Part shown: positions 27,613-36,683 of the stretch, one piece after another
Position numbering within the stretch: the stretch's first letter is position 1
Layout: every line of letters starts with the position of its first letter
NCBI GenBank assembly: GCA_965207275.1
Contig: CBDBMH010000002.1
Location: 2,971,651 to 3,035,650, forward strand
Source: Dehalococcoidia bacterium
GTDB taxonomy: Bacteria; Chloroflexota; Dehalococcoidia; Lucifugimonadales; UBA3495
Direction: 5' to 3'
Length of the DNA stretch: 64,000 bases
Program-made: the position numbers and the translations under genes
The notes under the pieces: generated by a model
Database searches by the model: none
Seen by the model: the letters and a program-made list of their open reading frames with translations, nothing else
What the model was told of the DNA's origin: nothing

Positions 27613-27784
27613 GGATTTTTTTGTTTTCCGCGCCATTTTGGGCCGTTTTGGGCCGTTTCGTATCTGGAAACGGGGCTAGGACACTGCCAAATGGCCCTCC
27701 GGTGGGCCGTTGGTGGGCCGTTTCCAGATAGGACATTACCCCGGAAAGTGGTCCAGGCCGGGCCATTTTGGGCCGTTTTGGGCC
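27613..27784. repeat. ~170-nt element bounded by direct repeats CATTTTGGGCCGTTTTGGGCC (copy 1 of 2)
   Basis: Direct repeats at 27634..27654 and 27764..27784. The first ~60 nt are about 85% identical to 44048..44110. Internal 13-bp inverted repeat TATCTGGAAACGG / CCGTTTCCAGATA. Confidence 0.65.
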
Positions 27785-28310
27785 ACGGCCGGCAGGAGAC
27801 AGAACTAGCCCTGATTTTTCACTGTCCCCCATGCCAACAGCGGCTGGACCGGAGTGACTTCGAGATTATGGTAGGGGAGTGTTTTGCCTGAAAGCAAGGG
27901 GCCAGTGTCAGGCGACACCATGCAATTTGAGAAGGACTTTGGGGAGAGGCGACCGGGGCAGGGCGCTGGCGCTTTTTCCCGGTTCTCGGACATAATTCAT
28001 ACCGAGTCGGATAGTCCGGCGGCGGGCCAGGGAAGCCAGAGGAGTCTGCCGCTACCAGGACTCCCGGGCAAGTCACCTGATTCGCAATGTCAACCCGTCG
28101 TTTTCAGGAGTAGCCGCAAGAGTTACCGCAGGGTTGGGTTCCGTTTCAGGTGGTTTCGTGTGTGCGGCCAGGGCAGCCATCCGCCCGAGGCGGACCCCTA
28201 CGTGGTCTTCGAACTATCCCATAGAAATTGCATCGCTACCTACTGACAGTTGCTTATTGTGGGATTCGGGCGTGACCAATAGACTGGCGGAATGAACCTG
28301 TTTCATTCCG

Positions 28311-28991
28311 ATGTCGAGAGGTCAAGAGATGGCTCTGGCGCGCATAACCGGCCCCTATTTCTGGGTTTCCTGGCTTAGCAAGCTGCTGGTGGGAGAGAGT
28401 TCGTGCCAGTGGGGCGTGTGGTTCCGGGCCCAACACGAGGGTTCGTCGTGGGAAAAAGTGCCTTCAGAGTTCGACCAGGTGCAGTGGCTGATCAAGCACG
28501 GGGAACTGCTGGAGCAGACCCGACGCTATTACGAGCGGCAGGGTTACCTGGTGTCGGAATCATCGCAAAACTCCTTCAACCTGAGAGGCGCCACCGCCAC
28601 CCTGGCCGGCCGGCCCGACCTGGTGGTGGCCAGGGACGGCGAGGTGGTAGTGGTGGACGTCAAAGTGGGTCAGCCCAATGTTTCGCATACGGCCCAGGTG
28701 ATGACCTACATGTACGCGCTGCCCCGGGCGATGCGAAGCCAGTTCCAGGAAACCCTGATCAGCGGCCAGGTGGTCTACCCCGACGGGCCGGTGGACGTTC
28801 CGGAAGCCGCGGTGAACCAGGAGTTCGTCAATGCCCTGGGAGGACTGGTAAGGGGTCTTGCCGTCTGCCAGGCGCCAAGGAAAACGCCAAGCTGGAACGA
28901 GTGCCGCTACTGTCCCATAGGCGCCAGGGACTGTCCGGAGCGAGTGGACGCGGGAGAGGAATTGCCGGTGGGAGTGACCGAAGATTTCTGA
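28311..28991 (+). CDS. Cas4-like PD-(D/E)xK nuclease with 4-Cys (Fe-S) signature, standalone
   Basis: N-terminal Cys (GESSCQWGVW), RPDLVV...VVVVDVKVG (D...DxK), TAQVMTYMYAL (QxxxY), C-terminal CRYCPIGARDC (C-x2-C-x6-C). An alternative start at ATG 28329 follows GAGAGG. Confidence 0.72.
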   Translation: MSRGQEMALARITGPYFWVSWLSKLLVGESSCQWGVWFRAQHEGSSWEKVPSEFDQVQWLIKHGELLEQTRRYYERQGYLVSESSQNSFNLRGATATLAGRPDLVVARDGEVVVVDVKVGQPNVSHTAQVMTYMYALPRAMRSQFQETLISGQVVYPDGPVDVPEAAVNQEFVNALGGLVRGLAVCQAPRKTPSWNECRYCPIGARDCPERVDAGEELPVGVTEDF

Positions 28992-29081
28992 GGGAGTTCA
29001 GAAAGAAGGGGATTTGCGGTATCCTGTTGCGTGTGGCGGAGCCACTTGTTCCAAATACTTGCGTGCTGGCGAGAGACTGAC

Positions 29082-29486
29082 ATGGAGCGAGTTACGATAC
29101 AGGAAGCTTCCTATCGATTGAACCTGTCGCAGGCGGAGATTCGCCGCTACATCCGTGAAGGACGGCTGCAGGCGAGCCGGGAGGGCGGCGACCGGGGCCG
29201 AACCTGGCTGGTGGAGCTGCCCGAAGAAGGGTGGCTGGACGACGATAAGGCCCGCTATCAAGAGATGGCCAGGGACATGCCCCTGTGGTGGTGGGCTACT
29301 GAAGCGAAGGCCGGATACGTCCATTACATTGTGGACGTGGGGATTGAGGAGACAGTCCCGGTTTTCCTGTGCGGTCTGGAGAGCGAAAACCTCTGGGCGG
29401 TAACAGGCCCGACCGAGGACAAGCGCTGTCCCATATGCCTGAACCTGGCAAGGCTAGCAGGGCTGCCCCTGGACCAGAAAAGCTGA
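29082..29486 (+). CDS. excisionase/MerR-type helix-turn-helix protein with Cys-containing C-terminal domain
   Basis: MERVTIQEASYRLNLSQAEIRRYIREGRLQA is a typical excisionase-family HTH. The C-terminus has C-x23-CPIC. The start is taken at the internal ATG 29082 of ORF 29031..29486. Confidence 0.6.
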   Translation: MERVTIQEASYRLNLSQAEIRRYIREGRLQASREGGDRGRTWLVELPEEGWLDDDKARYQEMARDMPLWWWATEAKAGYVHYIVDVGIEETVPVFLCGLESENLWAVTGPTEDKRCPICLNLARLAGLPLDQKS

Positions 29487-29540
29487 TCCGTTTCCTTCCA
29501 TCACCAATTTTCCACCAATCTTCAAAATGCGGGAGGCACA

Positions 29541-30254
29541 ATGGCGCCACCAGACATCAGAGCGCTGATTTTTGACGTATTCGGGACCGTGGTTGACTGG
29601 AGGGGCAGCATCATTGAGCAGTGCGCCGCCTTCGGCAAGGCCCGGGGAATTGAACGGGACTGGGGAGCCTTCGCCGACACCTGGCGGGGCAAGTATCAAC
29701 CATTCATGAACCGGGTCCGCACCGGCGAACTTCCGTGGACGAACCTGGACGCGCTGCACCGCATGTCGCTGGAAGAGGTGCTGGCCGAGTTTGAGATTGA
29801 CGGGTTGAGCGAGGAAGAGAAACAGGAGGTGAATTTCTTCTGGCACAAGCTTCGCCCCTGGGCCGACTCGGCGCCCGGCCTTTATCGGCTGAAACAGCGG
29901 TACATCATCGCCACCATGTCCAACGGGAATATTGCCTTGATGACCAACATGGCCAAGAACGGGGGCCTGCCGTGGGACGCCATCCTGGGGGCAGAGGTAG
30001 CCCGCCACTACAAGCCCGACCCGGAGAGCTACCTGACTACGGTGGAACTGCTGGGCCTGCGGCCGGAGCAGGTGATGATGACCGCCGCCCACCAGGGAGA
30101 CCTGCTGGCAGCACAGAAAGTGGGGCTGCGGTCGGGGTTTGTGCCGCGTCCCATGGAACACGGGCCCGACAGGACGCCGGACCCCACGCCCGATCCATCG
30201 TTTGACGTGGTTGCGACCGACTTTACGGACCTGGCGAGGCAGATGGGAGTGTAG
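29541..30254 (+). CDS. haloacid dehalogenase type II (HAD superfamily hydrolase)
   Basis: IFDVFGTVVDW (DxxGT), MSNGN, HYKPDPESY, AAHQGDLLAAQKVG. Confidence 0.85.
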   Translation: MAPPDIRALIFDVFGTVVDWRGSIIEQCAAFGKARGIERDWGAFADTWRGKYQPFMNRVRTGELPWTNLDALHRMSLEEVLAEFEIDGLSEEEKQEVNFFWHKLRPWADSAPGLYRLKQRYIIATMSNGNIALMTNMAKNGGLPWDAILGAEVARHYKPDPESYLTTVELLGLRPEQVMMTAAHQGDLLAAQKVGLRSGFVPRPMEHGPDRTPDPTPDPSFDVVATDFTDLARQMGV

Positions 30255-30485
30255 GGCGGCCAATCAAGAGTTCAAAATCAGGGATTGGGAATTGAGCCAC
30301 AACGTTTGGGGAATGGGATCCATTGGGTGATCCGCTTTTGTCGAAAAGGTGCGCCTTGCGGCGGGGTTCCGAGTCCGGTGGCTTACCCGTAAGACCAGGG
30401 CAGACCTGTGCGTCTTCCCCTGCGATACCCGCCAGGTGACTTAAACGGGAATAAGGGCGCGCCAGGCGTGACCCGGGGGTGAATT

Positions 30486-31478
30486 ATGGCCCGCATTGGG
30501 GTGCGACTGGAAAATGACCCGCAGTTGAGTCCCGCCGATTCGATGGAACTGGCGCGGTTGGCGGAGAGTCGGGGCTACGAAATGGTATGGGTGCCCGAGG
30601 GTTCGGGCCGGGATTCCCTGACCCAACTGACCTACCTGGCTTGCCACACCGGCACCATCAGGCTGGCCACCGGCATTCTACCCGTCTATTACCGCACCCC
30701 CATGCTGACGGCCATGTCCGCCGCCGGTCTGAGCGACCTGTCCCAGGGGCGGTTTGTGCTGGGCCTGGGCGTGGGACACCGGCCTTCGGTGGAAGGGACC
30801 CACGGCATCCGGTTCCGGCGTCCACTGACCCACATGCGGGAAACGATTACCATGGTGCGCCGCCTTTTGGACGGAGAGCGGGTTTCCCACGCGGGAAGGG
30901 TGTTTAACGTTAGCGACGCAACGCTGGGCGCTGCGGCGCCGGGCCAGCGGATACCCATATACGTGGCCGCCCTGGGGCCGCAGATGCTGGAGTTAACGGG
31001 AGAACTGGCCGACGGGGCGCTCCTGAACTGGACGGCGTCTGACTACCTGGAACAGGCCATCCACCACCTGCGCCGGGGGGCGGAAAGGGCGGGGCGCGAC
31101 CCTTCGGAAATTGACGTGGCAGGGTACGTGCGGGTGGCCGTGGCGGAGGATACGGCAGCGGCGAGGGCCAGCCTGCAGGGGCAGATAGCCCGCTACGCCA
31201 GCAACCCCTTCTACAACAATTTTTTCCAGAGCACCGGGTTTGGCAGAGAAATGAGGGCTGCGGAGGAAGCCATCCGGCGGGGTGATATGGAAGAAGCTGC
31301 CAAGGCGATAAGCTCGGAAATGCAGGACCAGGTGGCGGTGGTGGGAAACGCGGAGGAGTGCCGGGCCGAGATCGAGAAGCGCCGCAGCCTGGGGCTGGGG
31401 TTGCCCGTGGTGGCGCCCTTTACCGTAGATGACGCGAGGGAGTCGTACCGAAGGGTGATCGAGACGTTTGGGGGATAG
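30486..31478 (+). CDS. LLM-class F420/flavin-dependent oxidoreductase
   Basis: ARLAESRGYEMVWVPEGSGRDS...RLATGILPVYYRTP...GLGVGH is luciferase-like family. Confidence 0.85.
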   Translation: MARIGVRLENDPQLSPADSMELARLAESRGYEMVWVPEGSGRDSLTQLTYLACHTGTIRLATGILPVYYRTPMLTAMSAAGLSDLSQGRFVLGLGVGHRPSVEGTHGIRFRRPLTHMRETITMVRRLLDGERVSHAGRVFNVSDATLGAAAPGQRIPIYVAALGPQMLELTGELADGALLNWTASDYLEQAIHHLRRGAERAGRDPSEIDVAGYVRVAVAEDTAAARASLQGQIARYASNPFYNNFFQSTGFGREMRAAEEAIRRGDMEEAAKAISSEMQDQVAVVGNAEECRAEIEKRRSLGLGLPVVAPFTVDDARESYRRVIETFGG

Positions 31479-31534
31479 ATTCCTTGCCCCGGGTTACGGT
31501 TGGGCATGGAACGTGTCGCCAACTTGCGTTTTGG

Positions 31535-32602
31535 CTAATCCGCCACTGGAGAGTCCTCCTGGGACGCTATTCCATTAGTCGGCGCTAACCCACAGACTTC
31601 CGCAACCAACTCGTAGGAACGCACGCGGTCGGCGAAATCGTGGCAGATGGTTACCACGCTCAGGTCGCCGGTTTCGTAGATTTCAGCGATTTTCTCCAGT
31701 TTTTCCTTAACCTGCTGGGGGTTGCCGTCAACGCAGACCTGGCTGTACTGGCGAATGAAAGCCAGTTCGTTCATCTGGTAAGGGTAGTTCAGGGCCTCCT
31801 CCACCGTGGGGATGCCCTTGGCCCGGTTGGTGACGGAGTAAAGCCGGCCCAGGTTGCGGCCGGCGGCAATGCGCAGGGCCGCTTCCTCGGTTTCGGCGCA
31901 AAGCACCTGCACCCCGATGTTGACCTTGGGCTTGGCCAGGAACCTGGAGGGTTCAAACTGCTTGCGGTAGCCTTCTACGATGGCAGGGCCTTCATCCACA
32001 CCCAGGCCGAAGAAGTGGGCGTAGGCAAAGGGCATCCCCAACCTGGCGGCCATATAGGCGCTTTCGTAGCGGGACCCCAGCAGCCAAACCTCCGGGGCGG
32101 TCGGGGGCCGGTCGGGGCCTGCGTGCACCTGGGCGAAGGGATGTTCAGATTCCAGGCCGCCATTCAGGTAGCCTACCAGGTCCACCACCTGCCGCGGATA
32201 ATGCTGCACGTCATTGGGACTGCCCGGGTAGGAAAGGGCTGCCGCCGTCAGGTGGTCGCTGCCGGGGGCGCGTCCCACGCCCAGGTCGATACGGCCGGGG
32301 TAAAGGGAATCTAGCATTCGGAAGTTTTCCGCCACCTTGAGGGCGCTGTAGTGGGACAGCATGACGCCACCGCTGCCCACGCGGATGGTGTTGGTATGGG
32401 CGGCCACCTGCCCAACCAGCACCTCCGGGCTGGTGCCCGCGAAGTTGGGGATGTTGTGGTGCTCGGCCAGCCAGTACCGGTAATAGCCCAATTTCTCCAC
32501 AGCCACCGCCAGCCGGATGGTTTCCCGCAGGGCATCACCGGCGGTACCTCCAGCCCTGACCGGGGACTGGTCCACAACACTAAGAATCAACTCGGCGCCC
32601 AC
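31535..32602 (-). CDS. LLM-class flavin-dependent oxidoreductase (luciferase family group 1-like)
   Basis: LSVVDQSPV...GYYRYWLAEHHN...IRVGSGGVMLSHYSALKVAENF...GRIDLGVGRAPG. Confidence 0.85.
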   Translation of the reverse strand: MGAELILSVVDQSPVRAGGTAGDALRETIRLAVAVEKLGYYRYWLAEHHNIPNFAGTSPEVLVGQVAAHTNTIRVGSGGVMLSHYSALKVAENFRMLDSLYPGRIDLGVGRAPGSDHLTAAALSYPGSPNDVQHYPRQVVDLVGYLNGGLESEHPFAQVHAGPDRPPTAPEVWLLGSRYESAYMAARLGMPFAYAHFFGLGVDEGPAIVEGYRKQFEPSRFLAKPKVNIGVQVLCAETEEAALRIAAGRNLGRLYSVTNRAKGIPTVEEALNYPYQMNELAFIRQYSQVCVDGNPQQVKEKLEKIAEIYETGDLSVVTICHDFADRVRSYELVAEVCGLAPTNGIASQEDSPVAD

Positions 32603-32693
32603 GGCGTACTCCTGGATGGGGAATTGGGCAGATTATAGCACCGGCGATGTTTGAAGGGATGGGATGCGCCGGAGGCAGATCAATAAGCAATGA

Positions 32694-32781
32694 GTTGTTT
32701 AACAAATGTTAAACCAATTGTTAAACAACTGCTTTCATAAAACAGATTGTTAAAGGCATGCCCCTGTCATATCCTTGTCTG
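32694..32781. promoter_or_regulatory. AT-rich operator-like repeats in the divergent LLM/pstC intergenic region (candidate Pho-box type sites)
   Basis: Perfect 12-bp inverted repeat GTTGTTTAACAA (32694..32705) / TTGTTAAACAAC (32718..32729). Three TGTT(T/A)AAC direct repeats at 11-12 nt spacing (32696, 32707, 32719). CTGTCAT-N4-TTGTCTG at 32764..32781. Confidence 0.35.
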
Positions 32782-32927
32782 CGGTTTATCGTCCCGGCCT
32801 GGGTCGGGGCATTTCCCTTGCCAAAACACCGGATTTGCGCACATTTATGAGCGGGACTGTTTCACCATCACCTGCGCAAACTGCTTCACCGGTAAATTCC
32901 TGGCTCCAGCATAAGGGGTGAACTTTC

Positions 32928-33875
32928 TTGGCCGGACAAGGTTCCACAGTCAACTACGCCGACGCCTACGCGTCAGCCAACGCCTCCAACCGATGGAAGA
33001 AATACCTGCCGGAACGAATCATTAAAGCGGTCCTCTTCTTATGCGCCGTCGCATCCATCTTTACCACCGTCGGCATCGTGTCCATCCTGATATTTGAGGC
33101 GGCGCTCTTTTTCCAGGAAGTAACGCTCTGGGAGTTTCTGACCAATACCAAGTGGACCCCGCTGTTTGCATCCAAGAACTTCGGGATTCTGCCGCTGGTG
33201 ACGGCAACATTGCTCACCTCCATCGGCGCGATGTGCGTGGCGCTGCCGCTGGGACTGATGAGCGCCATATACCTGAGTGAGTATGCGCCGGAAGTGGTGA
33301 GGCAGATTGCCAAGCCGATCCTGGAAATTCTGGCGGGGATACCCACCGTGGTCTACGGTTACTTTGCCCTGCTGTTCATAACCCCGATTCTGCGGGCGAT
33401 CAGCGACGACATTTCGGTGTTCAACGGCCTGAGCGCTTCGCTGGTGATGGGGATAATGATACTGCCCATGGTATCCAGCCTGAGCGAAGACGCCATGCGG
33501 TCGGTGCCCCGCTCCCTGCGGGAAGGCGCCTATGCCCTGGGGGCAACGAAGCTGGAAGTTTCGACGCGAGTGGTGATTCCCGCAGCCCTGTCGGGCATCG
33601 TGGCCGCTTTCATTTTGGCAACCTCCCGGGCCATCGGCGAAACAATGATTGTGACCATTGCCGCCGGTCAGAACCCGAACTTCACTTTCAACCCCTTTGT
33701 TCCCATCGAGACGATGACGGCGTACATCGTGCAAGTGAGCCTGGGCGACACCCCCACCGGCACCCTGGAGTTCAAGACCATCTTCGCCGTGGGTCTCAGC
33801 CTGTTTGTCATAACGCTGGCAATGAACCTGCTCAGCCAGTTCTTTGTCAGCCGGTTCCGGGAGGTCTACGAATAA
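32928..33875 (+). CDS. pstC: phosphate ABC transporter permease PstC
   Basis: TTG start after AAGGGGTGA. Family-typical EAA-loop region ([24 protein letters not shown]) and PstC-PstA-PstB gene order. Confidence 0.9.
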   Translation: MAGQGSTVNYADAYASANASNRWKKYLPERIIKAVLFLCAVASIFTTVGIVSILIFEAALFFQEVTLWEFLTNTKWTPLFASKNFGILPLVTATLLTSIGAMCVALPLGLMSAIYLSEYAPEVVRQIAKPILEILAGIPTVVYGYFALLFITPILRAISDDISVFNGLSASLVMGIMILPMVSSLSEDAMRSVPRSLREGAYALGATKLEVSTRVVIPAALSGIVAAFILATSRAIGETMIVTIAAGQNPNFTFNPFVPIETMTAYIVQVSLGDTPTGTLEFKTIFAVGLSLFVITLAMNLLSQFFVSRFREVYE

Positions 33876-34759
33876 TGGCCCAAACCATGCGGGGACAGTT
33901 TGACCGGCGGATGGACCGCCGCCGACTGTACGGCCACATCTTCCACATCCTTTGTCTTGTGTCCATTTTCATTGGCCTGGGGATGCTGGCGGTCCTGTTG
34001 ATCGACATATTCATCGACGGGTGGCGACGGGTGAACTGGGAGTTCCTGACCAGCTTCCCTTCCCGCAAGCCGGAGGAGGCTGGCATCATGGCAGCCCTGT
34101 TCGGAAGCATATACGTGATCGCCCTGGCCGGGGCCCTGGCCTTCACCCTGGGTGTGGCGGCGGCCATCTACCTGGAAGAATACGCGGCGCGCAACTGGCT
34201 GGCCAAGGTAATCCAGATCAACATCGGCAACCTGGCGGGCGTGCCGTCCATTGTGTATGGCATCCTGGGCCTGGAAATTTTCGTGCGCTACCTGGCGCTG
34301 GGCAAGAGCGTGCTGGCGGGTGGATTCACCCTGGCCCTGCTGGTGCTGCCCATCGTGATTATTGCGTCGGAGGAAGCGATACGGGCGGTGCCACCCTCCA
34401 TCAGGGAAGGGGGTTACGCCCTGGGGGCTACCCGCTGGCAGACCATCTGGCGGCTGGTACTGCCCCAGGCGTTCCCCGGTATTCTCACGGGGGTAATCCT
34501 GGCGGTGAGCCGGGCCATCGGCGAGACGGCGCCGCTGATCGTAATGGGCGCGCTGACCTTCGTGCCCTTCACGCCCGACGGCCCCATGAGCCGGTTCACG
34601 GTGCTGCCGATTCAGATCTTCAACTGGGTTTCCCGGCCCCAGGAGGGCTTCCATGAAGCCGCCGCTGCCGGAATCATTGTGCTGCTGGTTGTGTTGCTGT
34701 CCATGAACGCCCTGGCCGTTCTGTTGCGCAACAAGTTCCAACGCCGCCTGGAGGGATAA
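33875..34759 (+). CDS. pstA: phosphate ABC transporter permease PstA
   Basis: ASEEAIRAVPPSIREGGYALGATRWQTIW motif. The start overlaps the pstC stop. Confidence 0.9.
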   Translation: MAQTMRGQFDRRMDRRRLYGHIFHILCLVSIFIGLGMLAVLLIDIFIDGWRRVNWEFLTSFPSRKPEEAGIMAALFGSIYVIALAGALAFTLGVAAAIYLEEYAARNWLAKVIQINIGNLAGVPSIVYGILGLEIFVRYLALGKSVLAGGFTLALLVLPIVIIASEEAIRAVPPSIREGGYALGATRWQTIWRLVLPQAFPGILTGVILAVSRAIGETAPLIVMGALTFVPFTPDGPMSRFTVLPIQIFNWVSRPQEGFHEAAAAGIIVLLVVLLSMNALAVLLRNKFQRRLEG

Positions 34760-34762
34760 TCC

Positions 34763-35536
34763 GTGGCTGAAAATCCACCCATCATCGAGACCAAGGACCT
34801 GAACGTTTTCTACGGCCGCACCTGCGTCATCAGCAGCGTGGACGTGGAAGTGGAGACTCACAAGATAACCGCTATCATCGGGCCTTCGGGCTCGGGCAAG
34901 AGCACCCTGTTGCGGTGCTTCAACCGGATGAACGACCTCATCCCCAGTTTCCACATGACGGGTTCGGTAATCTTCGACGGTCAAGACCTTTACGACGCCA
35001 GCGTGGATCCCACGGAAATACGGTACCAGGTTGGGATGGTATTCCAGCGGCCCAACCCATTCCCCAAGTCCATATTCGAGAACGTGGCCTTTGGGCCAAA
35101 AGTAAACGGGTTCAGGGGAGACCTGGCCGCCCTGGTGGAAGACTCCATCCGGCGGGCCGCCCTGTGGGACGAGGTGAAGGACCGGCTGAAGGAGAGCGCC
35201 CTGTCGCTGTCTGGCGGCCAGCAGCAGCGCCTTTGCATCGCCCGGGCCCTGGCAGTGCAGCCGCAGATCATCCTGATGGACGAGCCCTGCTCGGCCCTGG
35301 ACCCAATTTCCACGCTGGCCATCGAGGAACTGATGCGGGAACTGTCCCACGACTATACCATAGTCATCGTTACCCACAACATGCAGCAAGCGGCCCGTGT
35401 TTCCGATTACACTGCCTTTCTCAATCCCCGGGAGGACAAGATCGCGGAACTGATCGAGTTCGACGAAACCCGCCAGATTTTCACCAATCCCAGGGACGAA
35501 CGGACCGAAGCCTACATCACCGGACGGTTCGGTTAG
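34763..35536 (+). CDS. pstB: phosphate ABC transporter ATP-binding protein PstB
   Basis: [35 protein letters not shown], and the PstB-typical C-terminus YITGRFG. Confidence 0.95.
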   Translation: MAENPPIIETKDLNVFYGRTCVISSVDVEVETHKITAIIGPSGSGKSTLLRCFNRMNDLIPSFHMTGSVIFDGQDLYDASVDPTEIRYQVGMVFQRPNPFPKSIFENVAFGPKVNGFRGDLAALVEDSIRRAALWDEVKDRLKESALSLSGGQQQRLCIARALAVQPQIILMDEPCSALDPISTLAIEELMRELSHDYTIVIVTHNMQQAARVSDYTAFLNPREDKIAELIEFDETRQIFTNPRDERTEAYITGRFG

Positions 35537-35708
35537 CCGGTTGCCCCACGGGCAGACGGGGCACATAATACTCAGAGACCCTTTCAAGGGGCGCGGGCAT
35601 TGGCAGATTTTACCGGAATCCAATTCTGCGAATTTCCGCGCCCTGTGCGCCAGAATGACAGGATGCTTCCCGTTGACCCAACCCAAAATGCAGGAGCGTT
35701 AATCGACT

Positions 35709-36497
35709 ATGCCCGAAATAAGCAGCCATATTCCCGGCGCCTTTTGTTGGGTGGAACTGGCCACGCCGGACGCCGAGGCTTCCAAGAGCTTCTACTCGGA
35801 ACTGCTGGGGTGGACCTGGGCCGATATGCCAATGAGCGATACCATGGTCTATACCATGCTGCAGAAGGGCGACAAGTTGGTGGGCGCCCTGTTCCAGATT
35901 CAGCAGGAAATGCTGGCCCAGGGAATGCACCCCCACTGGGTCTGCTACATTGCCACCGACGACGTGGATGCAGCGACGGCCCGGGTGAGAGACGCCGGGG
36001 GCACGGTCATCAATGATCCGTTTGACGTATTTACCGCCGGGCGAATGTCGGTGGTGGCGGACCCTGCTGGCGCGACTTTCGGCATTTGGCAGGCAAAGGA
36101 GCACATCGGCGCGAGCTTGATTCGTGAACCCGGATCCCTGGGCTGGAACGAGCTTTACACGACAGATACGGAGGCGGCCAACGCCTTCTACGCCAGCGTT
36201 TTCGGTTGGGACCGCGCCGCCCACCAGGTGGGGCTTGAAAAGGACGACTACCACGAGTTCACGCTGGGGGAGGCCCAAGTAGCCGGAATGCTGGAAATCA
36301 AGCCATCCTGGGGCGAGGTGCCACCCAACTGGGGTACCTACTTCAGCGTCGAAAGCGTTGACGCCAACTTCGGGAAGGCCCAGGCCCTGGGCGCCCAGGT
36401 GGTGGTGCCGGTGATGCAGGAGGCGGAAGTACGCTTCTGCTATCTTCAGGACCCCCAGGGAGTCTACTTTGGGATGGTGCAGATGACCGACCAGTAA
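35709..36497 (+). CDS. two-module VOC (glyoxalase/bleomycin-resistance fold) family protein
   Basis: A repeated module (WVELATPD...FYSELLGW; WNELYTTD...FYASVFGW). Confidence 0.8.
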   Translation: MPEISSHIPGAFCWVELATPDAEASKSFYSELLGWTWADMPMSDTMVYTMLQKGDKLVGALFQIQQEMLAQGMHPHWVCYIATDDVDAATARVRDAGGTVINDPFDVFTAGRMSVVADPAGATFGIWQAKEHIGASLIREPGSLGWNELYTTDTEAANAFYASVFGWDRAAHQVGLEKDDYHEFTLGEAQVAGMLEIKPSWGEVPPNWGTYFSVESVDANFGKAQALGAQVVVPVMQEAEVRFCYLQDPQGVYFGMVQMTDQ

Positions 36498-36562
36498 CCG
36501 GAGCGAGACAGTAGGCAGCCCCAGCAAGCTGGCGACGAAAACCGGGGTTCCCCGAAGTTACC

Positions 36563-36599
36563 AGGGGAGGGATATGGAATCCCTCCCCTGAGTCTTTTC
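36563..36599 (+). terminator. intrinsic terminator after the VOC gene
   Basis: AGGGGAGGGAT-atgga-ATCCCTCCCCT (11-bp stem) followed by GAGTCTTTT. Confidence 0.6.
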
Positions 36600-36683
36600 C
36601 CTGGCGACTCTATGGGCGTCGCCGAGGGGATCCTGACTTGAACCCGCGCTTCTCCGGCGCACCTGGCGGTAACGGGCAGGAGC

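Noticed and set aside
33866-35686. Very long antisense ORFs. Examples: 606 aa at 33866..35686(-), 838..1977(-), 8269..9576(+), 26359..27273(+), 35610..36527(-), 42420..43577(+), 52413..53516(-), 54511..55953(+), 58975..60117(+), 60339..61454(+).
   Set aside because: Each lies opposite a gene with strong family motifs. Their products are Gly/Arg/Pro/His-rich with no recognisable domains. They are typical stop-codon-poor shadow frames of high-GC DNA.
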